Below are positions 47,818 to 58,027 of a stretch of 64,000 bases of DNA, in pieces. Under the pieces are notes generated by a model that worked only from the letters and a program-made list of their open reading frames with translations, was not told the DNA's origin and did no database searches. Origin of the DNA: a virus (lineage: Duplodnaviria > Caudoviricetes); IMG/VR virus record IMGVR_UViG_3300028832_000096; one strand, 5' to 3'. The position numbers and the translations under genes were made by a program. Within the stretch, counting starts at the first letter, position 1; each line of letters opens with the position of its first letter.

Positions 47818-50233
47818 TTAATTAATTACATCGCCGTTAACTCTGTGATGAATGTTATCTACGAAATCTGAAGGTGATATCTTATATTTGTGAATATAAT
47901 CATACATTGCGTCTTCTACTTCCTTTGACCAAGTACCATTTACACCTAATGCAGCATCGCCTATCGGCTTCTTACCGTCTTTATCTTTATAGACCGGTAA
48001 CGTATATTCGCACTCAAATAAGTGATACTGTATCCATTTGATTTCTGATTCAGATAATGTATCTAACGAACCAAAGTTGATGTTAGGCTGCTCATATGAA
48101 CAAGGGAAACTTAATCCGTACCACTTATAAGTTATTTCAACATCACAACTGATAGGGAATGGCAAGAAGTTACCTGCCTCGCTCATCATCTTACCTAAGA
48201 TTTCTGATGCTCTAATAGCATTTCTGATAGGAACTTCTGCAATTATTTCATCATGTACAGGAAGTAATACTTTTGCTCCAAGCTGTTCCCACTCCTTGTT
48301 ACTAAATACTTTAAGCATCGCCATCTTAGTAAGGTCAGCAGCTGAGCCTTGAATTATACTGTTTACACATTTTCTAGAAGCATCAGTAATCTTTCTAGAA
48401 TTATTGATTACTTTGATGTGTTCATCTTGTAAACGCTTTGTTGCCTTTACTACCTGGCCATAATACTTATAGTTATTGAATTCTTCCTCGAGCTTCTTAA
48501 CGATTCTTTCAGGAATTTCATTCTTATTATTAAGTGTTGAAGGGTCAAGTGGGTCAATATCAGGATTTATATATCCCTTAGCGGCCTTAAATTCATAAGG
48601 TTTCAACTGCATATCAGGAATGTGCCTACGCCTACCTAATATAGTTTCAACATAACCATATTTACGAGCATCGCTTTGTGCTTTAATCATGAATGCTCTA
48701 AGATTAGGGAAAGCATTCAGAACTGCGTCATATATAACTTGAGCTTCTTTAGTGCGTTGCTCATCAGTCATCTGTTTATTCCCGCCAAATAACTGGTCAC
48801 CAATAGTTTTTGTAGACCTTCCGTAAAGAATACCTAATACTATGCTTTTTGCTTGACTTCTGCGCTCCTTACCTTCTCTGTTAACTTCATCTGTTTTATT
48901 TCCGTTTGCATCGAAGAAATGTTCGGAACACTCTTCATAAGTTTTGTTGAAAGCAAGTGCTGCAATAGTAGAATAGATGTCTCTATTATGTTTAAAAGCA
49001 TCTATCATATTCGGGTCCGAACTGACAAACGCTGTCATTTTTGGTTCTTGTTGCTATCTTAGTTATGTGCTCGTTACGCACTTCTCTTGTTACCAAGAGT
49101 GTCGGACTATCTCTTGAATACTATATACTGTTACTATATACAGTAAGCCCTGGCATTTCCATTTAACAGATTTACTATAGACTATTATCATCTATAAACT
49201 GACCGACTTCGGCTGTACCCTACTTGCTTGGTTATCTCAATCTACCTGAATTCTCATTTACATATTTCTATGATTGTAGATTTTTAGCTTTTGGTAGTCT
49301 CTACACACGATAGACCCATTTTAACCCTTTGATGTATTTGTCAAATTTAGCAGATTCTTTAATTTTGTCGTTTAATTGGTCGCTAGATTTAACGGTTCCA
49401 TAACCATTAGCATACCACCAATTAGCAGCATCTTTGACACGCTCAAACTCAGCTACAAAACTGCCTTGTGTATCAATACAATAAACGCATTTGTTTTTTG
49501 AATCATTTAACGCTTTATAATGTGCTTCGCTAAGTTTAAAAGATTTCCTAAATTTTGCCCTAACTTCTTGACCTTTTTCAGAAGCATATAAAGCTTTTCG
49601 GCTATCAGATAGATGTTTTTTATGCTCTTTAGAAGGCCCACCTCTATCTTTATATGATTGCTTCATTGATTCCGAAATGCGTTTACGGACATCTTCGCTA
49701 CGCATTATATTATCATGCTTTTCTTTTACTATTACAGAATACATTGTATTTATTGACCCTCCAGGAGCCATATTGTATCCATTTCTTATAGTATCATATT
49801 TAGCAATATAATATGCTTCGAGTTCATTGAGCGTATCTTGGTCCTCCACTTCAGCAATAATTTGAAAGTGAAATTTGTCCCATCCGTACTTTCGCATTGC
49901 ATTATACAAATGAGTATTGACGTCAGACACCATGCTATTTCGATGCCCATCTATTCGTTCTTTCAATGTTTTAGTGGTTTGACCAATATACAATTTGTCA
50001 TTTACATCATTGGTTATCTTATATATCAACATATTCGGCACCTCCAAGATATATTAAAGGTTATTCCCAACAAGTTGATAGTCTATCTTGCTCGGTATTG
50101 TCTCTCTAACGAACCTTATTAGAAAGAGTTCACCGACTTAACCAGGTTTTACTACAGCCAACACTTAACTGTAGTCAGCAGACAACATCACGCAAGGTGG
50201 AGTCATCACTGGAATTTGAAATTTCTTTGACAA
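47818..50233 (-). CDS. Family A DNA polymerase, C-terminal subunit; spliced exon 1 50233-50168, exon 2 49053-47818 (about 433 aa)
   Basis: TTG start 8 nt after AAGGAGGT; MSKKFQIPVMTPPCVMLSADYS|QQEPKMTAF restores motif A; motif B RSQAKSIVLGILYG; motif C VHDE. Confidence 0.8.
49301..50032 (-). CDS. Intron-encoded GIY-YIG homing endonuclease
   Basis: LIYKITN...LYIGQT...R...H...E...GYN; GGAGGT RBS before ATG 50032. Confidence 0.9.
   Translation of the reverse strand: MLIYKITNDVNDKLYIGQTTKTLKERIDGHRNSMVSDVNTHLYNAMRKYGWDKFHFQIIAEVEDQDTLNELEAYYIAKYDTIRNGYNMAPGGSINTMYSVIVKEKHDNIMRSEDVRKRISESMKQSYKDRGGPSKEHKKHLSDSRKALYASEKGQEVRAKFRKSFKLSEAHYKALNDSKNKCVYCIDTQGSFVAEFERVKDAANWWYANGYGTVKSSDQLNDKIKESAKFDKYIKGLKWVYRV
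50057..50062 (-). promoter_or_regulatory. AACCTT motif inside the group I intron
   Basis: AACCTTTAATAT about 25 nt upstream of the GIY-YIG ORF. Confidence 0.55.
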
Positions 50234-51722
50234 TTCTCCATACCTCCTTTCCTTCTTCTAATAATTTTATTGTATCGCCAACAACTAGGTCTTCTACATC
50301 TTTTTGTCCAACACTAGTTGTTACACTATACCATCTATTTAACGATATACAAACTGTATCATTAGATTCTTGATAATCAGCATCTAAAAGTATCTTCTTA
50401 GCAGGAGTTGCTCGGAACTGATGCCTAATATCAAGAGCGTGTGAGGGAATCTGCTGTACGTTCGGTTCAGAACTTGACATACGTCCAGTATCTGCGCCGA
50501 TGCTTTTGAAGGTTGCATGGATTCTTCCATCCTTGCCGACTTCATTAGGAAGCTTATCAACAAATGCGTTGAGCAATTTGTTTAACGCCCTAACTTTCAA
50601 TATTTGATTTGTTACAGGAAGATTTAATTCAGTTAATGTAGCTTTATCTCCTGATGATACATCACAATGTAGGAAGTTGTTTAACAGATATGTAACCTGT
50701 TTTGGACTTGCTTCATTAAAAGCTGCACCGTTCTTAAAAGGAGATTTAGATACAGTTATTGCATCGGAATTATCCATAATTTCTTGAATAATTTCAGAAA
50801 GTTTGTTTAATTCCTCTTGATATTTTTTATCATATTTAATTTTCAATATATCTCTGATGTTCTTATCAAAGTATACACCAGTGCGATGCATTAAAGCACA
50901 AACGCGAATCATCGGGATTTCAATATTCCAAATGAGGTCTGCGATTTTCTCTAACTTATGTTTTTGACATTTCGGGTGAGTCTTTGTTACATAAGGTAAC
51001 TGCCAGAAGAACAATTCATAAGTTATCTTAGCATCGTTTGCAGCGTATAACTTTGCTACATCTGTAGGGCAGTAAGGAAATAACTTAGGACTAAAGAAGT
51101 CTGAGAAAGATTTTGGGTCGCCTTTGCCTTTCTTTACATATTTCATGTAAAGTGCTTTCAAGCGGTTATCTAACTCATCTTCTTTGATACAACGCCATGC
51201 GGTGATGACATCGTAATAACAAACAGGGATTAAATCTACTTTGAGGTCCTTGTATATCATTGCTAAGTCGAAGTCAGCATTAGCAAAAATCATTTTAGTT
51301 TTTGCTTCAACAAAATATGCTAACTCCGAACCAAGGTCTTCATATGAAACTTGATTTTCATAAGGTACTTCGAATACTGGAGCAAGATGTTTGCATGGTA
51401 TGTAGCATTCTACTCCGCCAGGATAATAAAGCGAAGCACCTACAATTGTATCATGCACCCTATCAAGTCCAGTAGTCTCTGTATCTATTGCACAATAACC
51501 ACTTTCAATTGCTTTTAAAACATATTCATGTAACTGCGCCTTACTCGTGATTAATATAGCCGGACTATCTTTAAAATATTCTTGAACAGCTTTGATGGAT
51601 TCTTGTATCTCATGCTGAGAAGAAGTTACACTTTTAGAAACCTTTATAGGTTTTAGAACTTCCTTAGACTTTTCAGCGATAGCATTGATTTCGTCCATCT
51701 TAGCTTGACTGAATAGACCCAT
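50175..51722 (-). CDS. Family A DNA polymerase, N-terminal subunit (3'-5' exonuclease, thumb) with Hint-like C-terminal tail
   Basis: AIDTETTGL, ANADFD, YAANDA, TGRMSSSEPNVQQIP, FRATP, then SLNRWYSVTTSVGQKDVEDLVVGD and stop. Confidence 0.85.
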   Translation of the reverse strand: MGLFSQAKMDEINAIAEKSKEVLKPIKVSKSVTSSQHEIQESIKAVQEYFKDSPAILITSKAQLHEYVLKAIESGYCAIDTETTGLDRVHDTIVGASLYYPGGVECYIPCKHLAPVFEVPYENQVSYEDLGSELAYFVEAKTKMIFANADFDLAMIYKDLKVDLIPVCYYDVITAWRCIKEDELDNRLKALYMKYVKKGKGDPKSFSDFFSPKLFPYCPTDVAKLYAANDAKITYELFFWQLPYVTKTHPKCQKHKLEKIADLIWNIEIPMIRVCALMHRTGVYFDKNIRDILKIKYDKKYQEELNKLSEIIQEIMDNSDAITVSKSPFKNGAAFNEASPKQVTYLLNNFLHCDVSSGDKATLTELNLPVTNQILKVRALNKLLNAFVDKLPNEVGKDGRIHATFKSIGADTGRMSSSEPNVQQIPSHALDIRHQFRATPAKKILLDADYQESNDTVCISLNRWYSVTTSVGQKDVEDLVVGDTIKLLEEGKEVWRIVKEISNSSDDSTLRDVVC

Positions 51723-51749
51723 TGTGTATCCTCGTCAAACGTAAAGTTC

Positions 51750-51771
51750 GGGCAGTATATGAATACTGCCC
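51750..51771 (-). terminator. Hairpin after the SSB gene (weak terminator or processing site)
   Basis: GGGCAGTAT/ATACTGCCC perfect stem, poor U-tract. Confidence 0.45.
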
Positions 51772-51793
51772 TACCAGGACTTAACCTATGATA

Positions 51794-52567
51794 TTAGAAA
51801 GTTGCAGGAGGAAGTTCTCCGCCTTCTCCTTCGTCATCATCTGCTGTAAAATCTTCCGTGGGTGCCGGAGCATCAGCAGGTGTAAAGTTTACATTTACAG
51901 TCTCTTCGCTAGAAGCATTTACAGAAGAAGTATCAACAAAAGTTTCAGGGATGGACGACTGATATCCTGCTCTAGGAATAGGTGTATATTCAGGAAGACT
52001 TGAAGCAGATTCATTACCAGAATTCTGGAGCATCTTAGATAATTCGGAAATAGAAACATCTCGAATAATCTCGGAATAATAATCAGGCATCTTAGCGTTG
52101 AACTTAGCAAGAATCTCTGCGTAAGAACCAATTGTATTCTTACCAATAGCTTCAATGCTATATGTAGTGTTGATGTCATTAGGAATACCGTGACGAGTTA
52201 TTCTGAATACAAACTCAGACGGATTAGGGAAACGACTGAATACGTCTTTCTCAAGCTGAGGTTCAAACTTCATAGTTCTATCCCAGAACTGAATTTCACC
52301 TATACCATCGTTAGCGTTAATGTTAAAAACAGGGACAAAAAGCTTGGTTTGCACTCTGATGCCTTTGCTGCAAGCAGGGCAACCCTTATCGCAACAATGT
52401 ACATAACCTGAATAATCTGCTGACTTGATGTAATGTCCCTGAGCAACAAGCATGTCCTTCATCGACTGATAAAGGAATACAACATCTGCGCTTTCACCAT
52501 CGTTGATGAGTCTAAACAGCCCATGATACCTATCATCATTGAACTGAGCTACGGACTTAAATGCCAT
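51794..52567 (-). CDS. Single-stranded DNA-binding protein (gp32-like)
   Basis: H...C...CPAC, FWDR, FRITRHG...TTY, acidic tail ending in F. Confidence 0.75.
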   Translation of the reverse strand: MAFKSVAQFNDDRYHGLFRLINDGESADVVFLYQSMKDMLVAQGHYIKSADYSGYVHCCDKGCPACSKGIRVQTKLFVPVFNINANDGIGEIQFWDRTMKFEPQLEKDVFSRFPNPSEFVFRITRHGIPNDINTTYSIEAIGKNTIGSYAEILAKFNAKMPDYYSEIIRDVSISELSKMLQNSGNESASSLPEYTPIPRAGYQSSIPETFVDTSSVNASSEETVNVNFTPADAPAPTEDFTADDDEGEGGELPPATF

Positions 52568-52672
52568 TTTGTTTCCTCCTTGGATAATTGATTTGTGATT
52601 TATTGATGTGGCGTTGTTGTCCGTACTCTTGCACTTTTGATAAATAACTTGGCCTACATTTCATGTATACAA

Positions 52673-52680
52673 TAACGATT
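52673..52680 (-). promoter_or_regulatory. AATCGTTA motif
   Basis: Upstream of the SSB-polymerase operon. Confidence 0.6.
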
Positions 52681-52686
52681 CAGAAA

Positions 52687-53346
52687 TTACAAGTTGCATG
52701 CAATTCTAAGCATGTTCATGAGTGCAGCGTTATTGTGGAACTGCTCCATGATTTCAGTAAACTCGGCAGGAGAAACAGATACGTTCTCCAACCTATCCAT
52801 GCCGGTCTTCTTGCGTGCTGCTGAAAGTGAATCGTCAGGGTTGAGCAGCTTGTTAGCGACCTTTTCAGCTTTAGGTCCCATCTTAGCGATGATTTCCCAA
52901 ACAGCTTCCTTGGCCTGTTTAACTTCATAGCTGTCATCAACGGAAGGTGCGAGGTCGAAAAGGTTAACAACGTCGTCACCAACAGTGACTTCATTAGAAA
53001 CCTCAAACTTGTCGCGATTGATTTCTACCTGAGGCTCTCTAAGACAATAGATGCAATTCGCAGCTACTCGGTAGATATAGTTAGGAGTGAACCTCTTCGG
53101 CTCGGCCTTAATCTTTTCTACGTTCTTCATGAGATACATGTTAACAGTAGAAACTGCATCTTCCTCAAGTACATAGGAGAATCTCTCCTTGTACCAAGCG
53201 AGCTCGATTTCATCGAAAAAGTTCACAAATAAAAGAACCGCCTTGTACTCATCGTCGGCTGCAAGCCAGGCGTCGTACGTCAGCGGAAACTGAAATTCTG
53301 AAAGGGCTTCGAGATAAAGGTTACGTGTAGTTCTGAACTGTGACAT
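52687..53346 (-). CDS. Sigma-factor-like protein (ECF region 2-like)
   Basis: EEDAVSTVNMYLMK...FTPNYIYRVAAN; ATG 53346 after GGAGG; host-type promoter upstream. Confidence 0.55.
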   Translation of the reverse strand: MSQFRTTRNLYLEALSEFQFPLTYDAWLAADDEYKAVLLFVNFFDEIELAWYKERFSYVLEEDAVSTVNMYLMKNVEKIKAEPKRFTPNYIYRVAANCIYCLREPQVEINRDKFEVSNEVTVGDDVVNLFDLAPSVDDSYEVKQAKEAVWEIIAKMGPKAEKVANKLLNPDDSLSAARKKTGMDRLENVSVSPAEFTEIMEQFHNNAALMNMLRIACNL

Positions 53347-53413
53347 GACAAATCCTCCTAGGAATATTGATGATTGTTGATACGTGGTCATGTATAACCA
53401 TAAAGATATTATA

Positions 53414-53442
53414 ATTATATAGTAACAGATGTGAGAAATCAA
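53414..53442 (-). promoter_or_regulatory. Host sigma-A-type promoter
   Basis: TTGATT-17-TATAAT with AT-rich UP region. Confidence 0.75.
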
Positions 53443-53471
53443 TAGTTTATATAAAAATTTTTAAAGATTTT

Positions 53472-54509
53472 TCACTCTCGCTGAGAATAATAGTAATCAA
53501 ATTCTTCTTTTGTCAAGTCGTTTACATCTCTATTTTTAGATTCGCCTGTTTGAGGGTCAACTATAGGCGGAATTGTTACAGTCCACACAATTGCAATAGA
53601 CGATAATGCTTTCTTGAGTTTCTTTATACCTCTATGACCAGCGTCATCATTATCAAGACAAAGTACGTATTCGTTAGCACCTAATCGTTGTAACTGCGAT
53701 ATCTCTGATTCTGTTCCGGTACCTAATAGAGCTACTGCATTGTAACCATATACAGCGCAGGTCAAAGCATTGAAACACGATTCACAAACAATAACGGACT
53801 TAGCGTCCTTAGGCAATTCATAAATACCATATAATGGTTTCTCAATTCCTTTAGGCATAAAGAATTTCTTGCCTTTTATACTGCGTCTGCAAAATGATAC
53901 TGTGTTTCCATTTATATCTCTTATAGGAAATGTAATGCAAGGAACAGGATTTTTACTACCTTCAGGTCGGAAGTTTGCATCAAACCCTACATCATATCGT
54001 GCAATTATTTCATCAGTTAATCTGCGCTCATACATGTAAGGGACTGTAAGACGATATGATGCAAGTTCTTGCTCACTTACATATTGCGGTTTCTGCTGTG
54101 TTAAACTAGTGATATAATTTATCGCATATTTATTAACAATATCAGCCGATATCTCTTTAGGGATAAGGTAGTCAAAATCATCTTCAGCAATTTCAAATCC
54201 TGGTATGTTTTCCTTTAACCAATCTATACCGGATTTAGCGATATTCTTCTTTTTAAGAATATCTGTAACAACTCCGGGCAACATTCTAGAGTAGCCACAA
54301 GAAAAGCAATGACACCAACCTGCTTTAAATGTCTTACCGTTTCTAACTTCATCATGTAAAAGTACACCGCATGAAGGATGTTTATCTTCTCCTCCATTGT
54401 GGCCTTCAGTATTAGGACAGTGAATCTGATAATAATTACCAGTAATACGCACCAGACGGAGCATATTAAAATCTTCTAATTTGTGAAGAATTGTTTCTAC
54501 ATTATCCAT
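53472..54509 (-). CDS. DnaG-type primase
   Basis: CP...H...CHCFSC zinc domain, ITFPIRD, VCES, LCLDNDDAG TOPRIM, DVND; TAATG coupling at 54509. Confidence 0.9.
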   Translation of the reverse strand: MDNVETILHKLEDFNMLRLVRITGNYYQIHCPNTEGHNGGEDKHPSCGVLLHDEVRNGKTFKAGWCHCFSCGYSRMLPGVVTDILKKKNIAKSGIDWLKENIPGFEIAEDDFDYLIPKEISADIVNKYAINYITSLTQQKPQYVSEQELASYRLTVPYMYERRLTDEIIARYDVGFDANFRPEGSKNPVPCITFPIRDINGNTVSFCRRSIKGKKFFMPKGIEKPLYGIYELPKDAKSVIVCESCFNALTCAVYGYNAVALLGTGTESEISQLQRLGANEYVLCLDNDDAGHRGIKKLKKALSSIAIVWTVTIPPIVDPQTGESKNRDVNDLTKEEFDYYYSQRE

Positions 54510-54856
54510 TAAGTAGCACCATACCAATCTCTTCTATTGAATTGCGGAAGTTCATATTTTTCATCTACAACCACGTTATCATTGTCGATATGATATTTTA
54601 TTATCTGAAATTTATTAGCATTATTAACTAATGCAATATCAACTACTTCGGATGTTGACAACTGCGATAAATCGATGTTTTCTCTTTTTATGAATTTTGC
54701 TAAGAACTCTTCAGCAGCTTCTTTAGTTCCAAAATCATGAATATCTTTTGGACAATCTGCATTACCATCAAATACAGGATAAGGCAGTCCAGTATCTCTA
54801 AGCCCTACATATTTAGTGCCTTTGTACAATCTATTGATGCATTGAATTGCGTACAT
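54509..54856 (-). CDS. Hypothetical protein
   Basis: 115 aa, GGAGGT RBS. Confidence 0.7.
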   Translation of the reverse strand: MYAIQCINRLYKGTKYVGLRDTGLPYPVFDGNADCPKDIHDFGTKEAAEEFLAKFIKRENIDLSQLSTSEVVDIALVNNANKFQIIKYHIDNDNVVVDEKYELPQFNRRDWYGAT

Positions 54857-54881
54857 AATAGCACACCTCCTACATATACTA

Positions 54882-54889
54882 TAACGATT
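54882..54889 (-). promoter_or_regulatory. AATCGTTA motif
   Basis: Upstream of the primase operon. Confidence 0.6.
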
Positions 54890-54894
54890 CTGGA

Positions 54895-56241
54895 TTAGAA
54901 CTCCGCACCTTCCTCTTCGCTTGTAAGGTCCAGTCCATGGTTATCAGGAACCACAGGATTCTCTATTATGCTAGCTGATAAATCAGGCGTGCTTACCATC
55001 GGGTCATCTTCAGCACCACCAGGTAGATACTGCATGTTTCCGTTGTTGACGTCCCAAGAATATGATAATGTATTATTTTCGTTAACTGCCATTCTGGATT
55101 TCTCTAAACGGAACTCAAATACATGTTTGTCGAATATCTGACGAATCGCATAAACCTGTGTAGCAATCTGGCCGATAGCATCGGAACCGGCAATGTTATA
55201 GATTGTAGGGAATGGTACACCTTTCTCATCTTTAGATTCTTTAGTTTCTCTGTTTGCCTGAGTAGCTACAACAACTGCGCAACTGTATTTCTTACTCAAC
55301 TGGAACAGGTCGTGACAGATGTTACCATATTTTTCATGGTCGCTAAATCCATGTCGGTCATCTACCATGTAAGAAATACCATCTATGATAAGGAGTTGAA
55401 TCTTGTGCTTCTTAACAAATGCAGCAAGGTGTCTAGGAGATACTCCATCTGGCATATCTTTATCTTCAATGACGAAAGCATCTGCCTTTTCTCCTGGAAG
55501 GTCTTTAATGTATTCAATATAGTTCTGGTCGTATTGGCCTCTAAACAAATTACTATTCTGGAAGTGTCCTCTCCAAGTATCAACACGAGTAGCAAGATAT
55601 GCTGCTTGCATTTCTGGAGAATAATATGCAACATTGAAACCTGCTGCTTGAGCAGCTTCCATCATCCTTGTACAGCACCAGGACTTACCTGCGTTAGTTC
55701 TACCTACAAGTACTAACAACTCCTCAACTGTTGACAAACCGCCATAACTGAGTTTGTCTAACTCTGCAAAACCTGTTGGAATTCTGGTTTGCTTACTCCA
55801 TAAGATAACTTGTTCACTTCGTGTTTGAGCTTCCTTAATGATATTCATTGGAGCATTATCACTAAGCTCTTCTGATTTATCATACTGCTGACCTAAGTAC
55901 TCCCAAGCATCTTCGATATCTCCAGAACCTAAATCCTTCAACTTGTTGAAGGTTTCCATAAATAAGATTCGTTTCTTATTACGCTTAAGTTCCTTTACAA
56001 GATACTCAGTTGTTTCATCTACTTGGACTAAGATTACATTAGGGAATTCAGCTTGGAAAGTAAACTTATCAGGAATAGTTCCATACTTCTCCCTGTGGTT
56101 TAAGATGAAAGTAATTTGCTTCTTTAATTCATCTATAGCATAATAACTTTCGTCAAAACTGCAAAGTTCATCAAGCAGTGCCTCGTCATTAGGCGATGCT
56201 ATGATTTTTGATATAACCTGTAATTCAATAGAACCGTTCAT
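54895..56241 (-). CDS. DnaB-like replicative helicase
   Basis: IPTGF, GRTNAGKS, YSPEM, LIIDG, TQANR, GSDAIGQ. Confidence 0.9.
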   Translation of the reverse strand: MNGSIELQVISKIIASPNDEALLDELCSFDESYYAIDELKKQITFILNHREKYGTIPDKFTFQAEFPNVILVQVDETTEYLVKELKRNKKRILFMETFNKLKDLGSGDIEDAWEYLGQQYDKSEELSDNAPMNIIKEAQTRSEQVILWSKQTRIPTGFAELDKLSYGGLSTVEELLVLVGRTNAGKSWCCTRMMEAAQAAGFNVAYYSPEMQAAYLATRVDTWRGHFQNSNLFRGQYDQNYIEYIKDLPGEKADAFVIEDKDMPDGVSPRHLAAFVKKHKIQLLIIDGISYMVDDRHGFSDHEKYGNICHDLFQLSKKYSCAVVVATQANRETKESKDEKGVPFPTIYNIAGSDAIGQIATQVYAIRQIFDKHVFEFRLEKSRMAVNENNTLSYSWDVNNGNMQYLPGGAEDDPMVSTPDLSASIIENPVVPDNHGLDLTSEEEGAEF

Positions 56242-56247
56242 TTATTA

Positions 56248-56835
56248 TTACTTCATTACTGAATTTGTAAGAATCTTCTTAAGCTGTATAAAGAAATTAC
56301 CGTCACCGGCAAGTGCATTTACTTGAGGTGATACAATGATTGTACTTAAACCATCAGCAGCTCTATTCTGAATAAGTTTAAGTAATGTAGTACACTGAAA
56401 CTCTTTGAAATTTACATAATCGATATTTGAGATAATAAGCAGCTTTGCTTTCTTAGCCCAAATCTCTGAGTACTCCATATCCTCTGAAGGCCCTTTAACA
56501 TTCCAACTTTTCTGAATGTTATCGACATACTGAGAAAATCGGAGATTGTATACAACTACATTAAGTCTGCTGTGTTTCCAGTATTTGCAGATTCCACAAT
56601 ATGTAAGCAACTCAGAAGCCTCATTTGTGTTGTTAGCAATTACTGTAGATAATTTACCTTCAGATTCTGCAATTATGTTAGAATACTTCTGTATTGTTTT
56701 TGCATCTGAATGAAATACATTACTGTTTAACGATATTCCGTTTCGTTCTAAGAGGTACGAAGATTCTACAAAATCTGGACAAGATTTATCACATTCACCA
56801 TTAACACAGAAACCTGTGAACATGCAATTATACAT
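56248..56835 (-). CDS. Degenerate DnaC/IstB-like helicase loader
   Basis: AKLLIISNID...LIQNR...LSTIIVS; no intact Walker A; upstream of helicase. Confidence 0.5.
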   Translation of the reverse strand: MYNCMFTGFCVNGECDKSCPDFVESSYLLERNGISLNSNVFHSDAKTIQKYSNIIAESEGKLSTVIANNTNEASELLTYCGICKYWKHSRLNVVVYNLRFSQYVDNIQKSWNVKGPSEDMEYSEIWAKKAKLLIISNIDYVNFKEFQCTTLLKLIQNRAADGLSTIIVSPQVNALAGDGNFFIQLKKILTNSVMK

Positions 56836-58027
56836 TCTTGTTCAACCTCCTTAATACAGGATTTCTAGATTGCTTGAAGGCAACTCTACTTCTAACGCAT
56901 TGCTTAGCAATTTCAAGCGGGTCATATCCACGCTTTCTATATTCTTCAGCAGGCATCACAAGTGTAAGGAACGGCTGCAAATCTCCAAATAGAGGATATT
57001 TAAAATAAACACCATTATCTCTATCTAAAAGATATTTTCTTACTACATATTCCTTTACATATTCTGCTTGACGAGGAATCATCTTAGATATAGGTAACGA
57101 GTCCCATATATCCATAGTGAATACTAACTCACCCTTGATTTCCATCCATCCGTAGAAACTAGGATAATCTGTTCCACTTTGCAGACCCTTTTGATGTCTA
57201 GCAAGTTTGTAAAGATGAGGATATTCAATAATGCACTTAAGCACTTGTTCTTTTGTATAACCGTCGATTGGAATTATGTTTCCAAATAACTCATCAGATT
57301 CAAGTCCAATGTCTTCATACATTGCTTCTGCCCTAGTCCTAATAAAATGATTAGGGAACAAGTTCATTAAATCTGCGTCAGTCATTTTATTGATATCTGT
57401 AGTAACTGAAATATCTCTTTGCCTCTTAGGTATTTCAGGCAATGTAGTATAGATAACTAACTTATCGGCACCGTCTACTCCAGTGATGAACGGCTTATTA
57501 ATATCAAATTGAGGTACTTCGGGTGCTTGCAGATACAAATCAAGCGGGTCTGTAGGTTTAACTGAGAAATCCTTTACAGATTCTTCTACCTTAGCAGAAT
57601 CAACCGGAGTAAATTTAGGTTTAGCTACAGCGATTATATTCTGTGCAGGTTTAGTATCTGCAGGTTTTGTTACAACTTCGTTCGGTTCTTCAACTACAGC
57701 TAAGTCCCATTCAATTGCATCGACAGTCAAATAGATATCACCTAAGACTTCACGAATTGCATCATCGTCAATGTTTGGCATATTGATGAATGGATTCTGA
57801 GGTGACCAATCAAGCGGAAGAGGTTCTGCCGCATATACCGCATATGTAATTGTATTGAGAATCTTAACTACTTTCTCTTTATACTTTGCAGTTCCTTGAT
57901 AGTGCTTAACTACATAAGTAATAACAGAAGAATGCATTGAAGATAAAGTACCTTTAAAGGATTTCTTTACTTGATAGTTCTCTGAAATGTTTGTAAATTT
58001 AATCTTATGCTTATCGGAGTACAACAT
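56828..58027 (-). CDS. Hypothetical protein (replication operon)
   Basis: 399 aa, GGAGGT RBS. Confidence 0.75.
   Translation of the reverse strand: MLYSDKHKIKFTNISENYQVKKSFKGTLSSMHSSVITYVVKHYQGTAKYKEKVVKILNTITYAVYAAEPLPLDWSPQNPFINMPNIDDDAIREVLGDIYLTVDAIEWDLAVVEEPNEVVTKPADTKPAQNIIAVAKPKFTPVDSAKVEESVKDFSVKPTDPLDLYLQAPEVPQFDINKPFITGVDGADKLVIYTTLPEIPKRQRDISVTTDINKMTDADLMNLFPNHFIRTRAEAMYEDIGLESDELFGNIIPIDGYTKEQVLKCIIEYPHLYKLARHQKGLQSGTDYPSFYGWMEIKGELVFTMDIWDSLPISKMIPRQAEYVKEYVVRKYLLDRDNGVYFKYPLFGDLQPFLTLVMPAEEYRKRGYDPLEIAKQCVRSRVAFKQSRNPVLRRLNKNV

Larger units (their letters stand above)
49054..50167 (-). mobile_element. Group I intron (1114 nt) in the polymerase
   Basis: Exon ends in U; P1 CUACAGU/GCUGUAG; R GTAGAGACTA and S GAGATAGTCC; terminal G; splicing restores ADYS-QQEP. 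Confidence 0.9.

Noticed and set aside
50175-50350. Functional split intein in PolA
   Set aside because: Only a block A-like stretch is visible; no TxxH block B and no C-terminal Asn plus nucleophile in the partner chain.
50365-50400. ILLDADYQ as the catalytic motif A
   Set aside because: It lacks the following SQxE; ADYS|QQEP across the intron is the better match.
50198-50408. T4 gene 60-like translational bypass between ACTCCT and ACTCCA
   Set aside because: The gap is 205 nt with no stop codon right after the take-off site, and a strong RBS with TTG explains the second frame more simply; not fully excluded.
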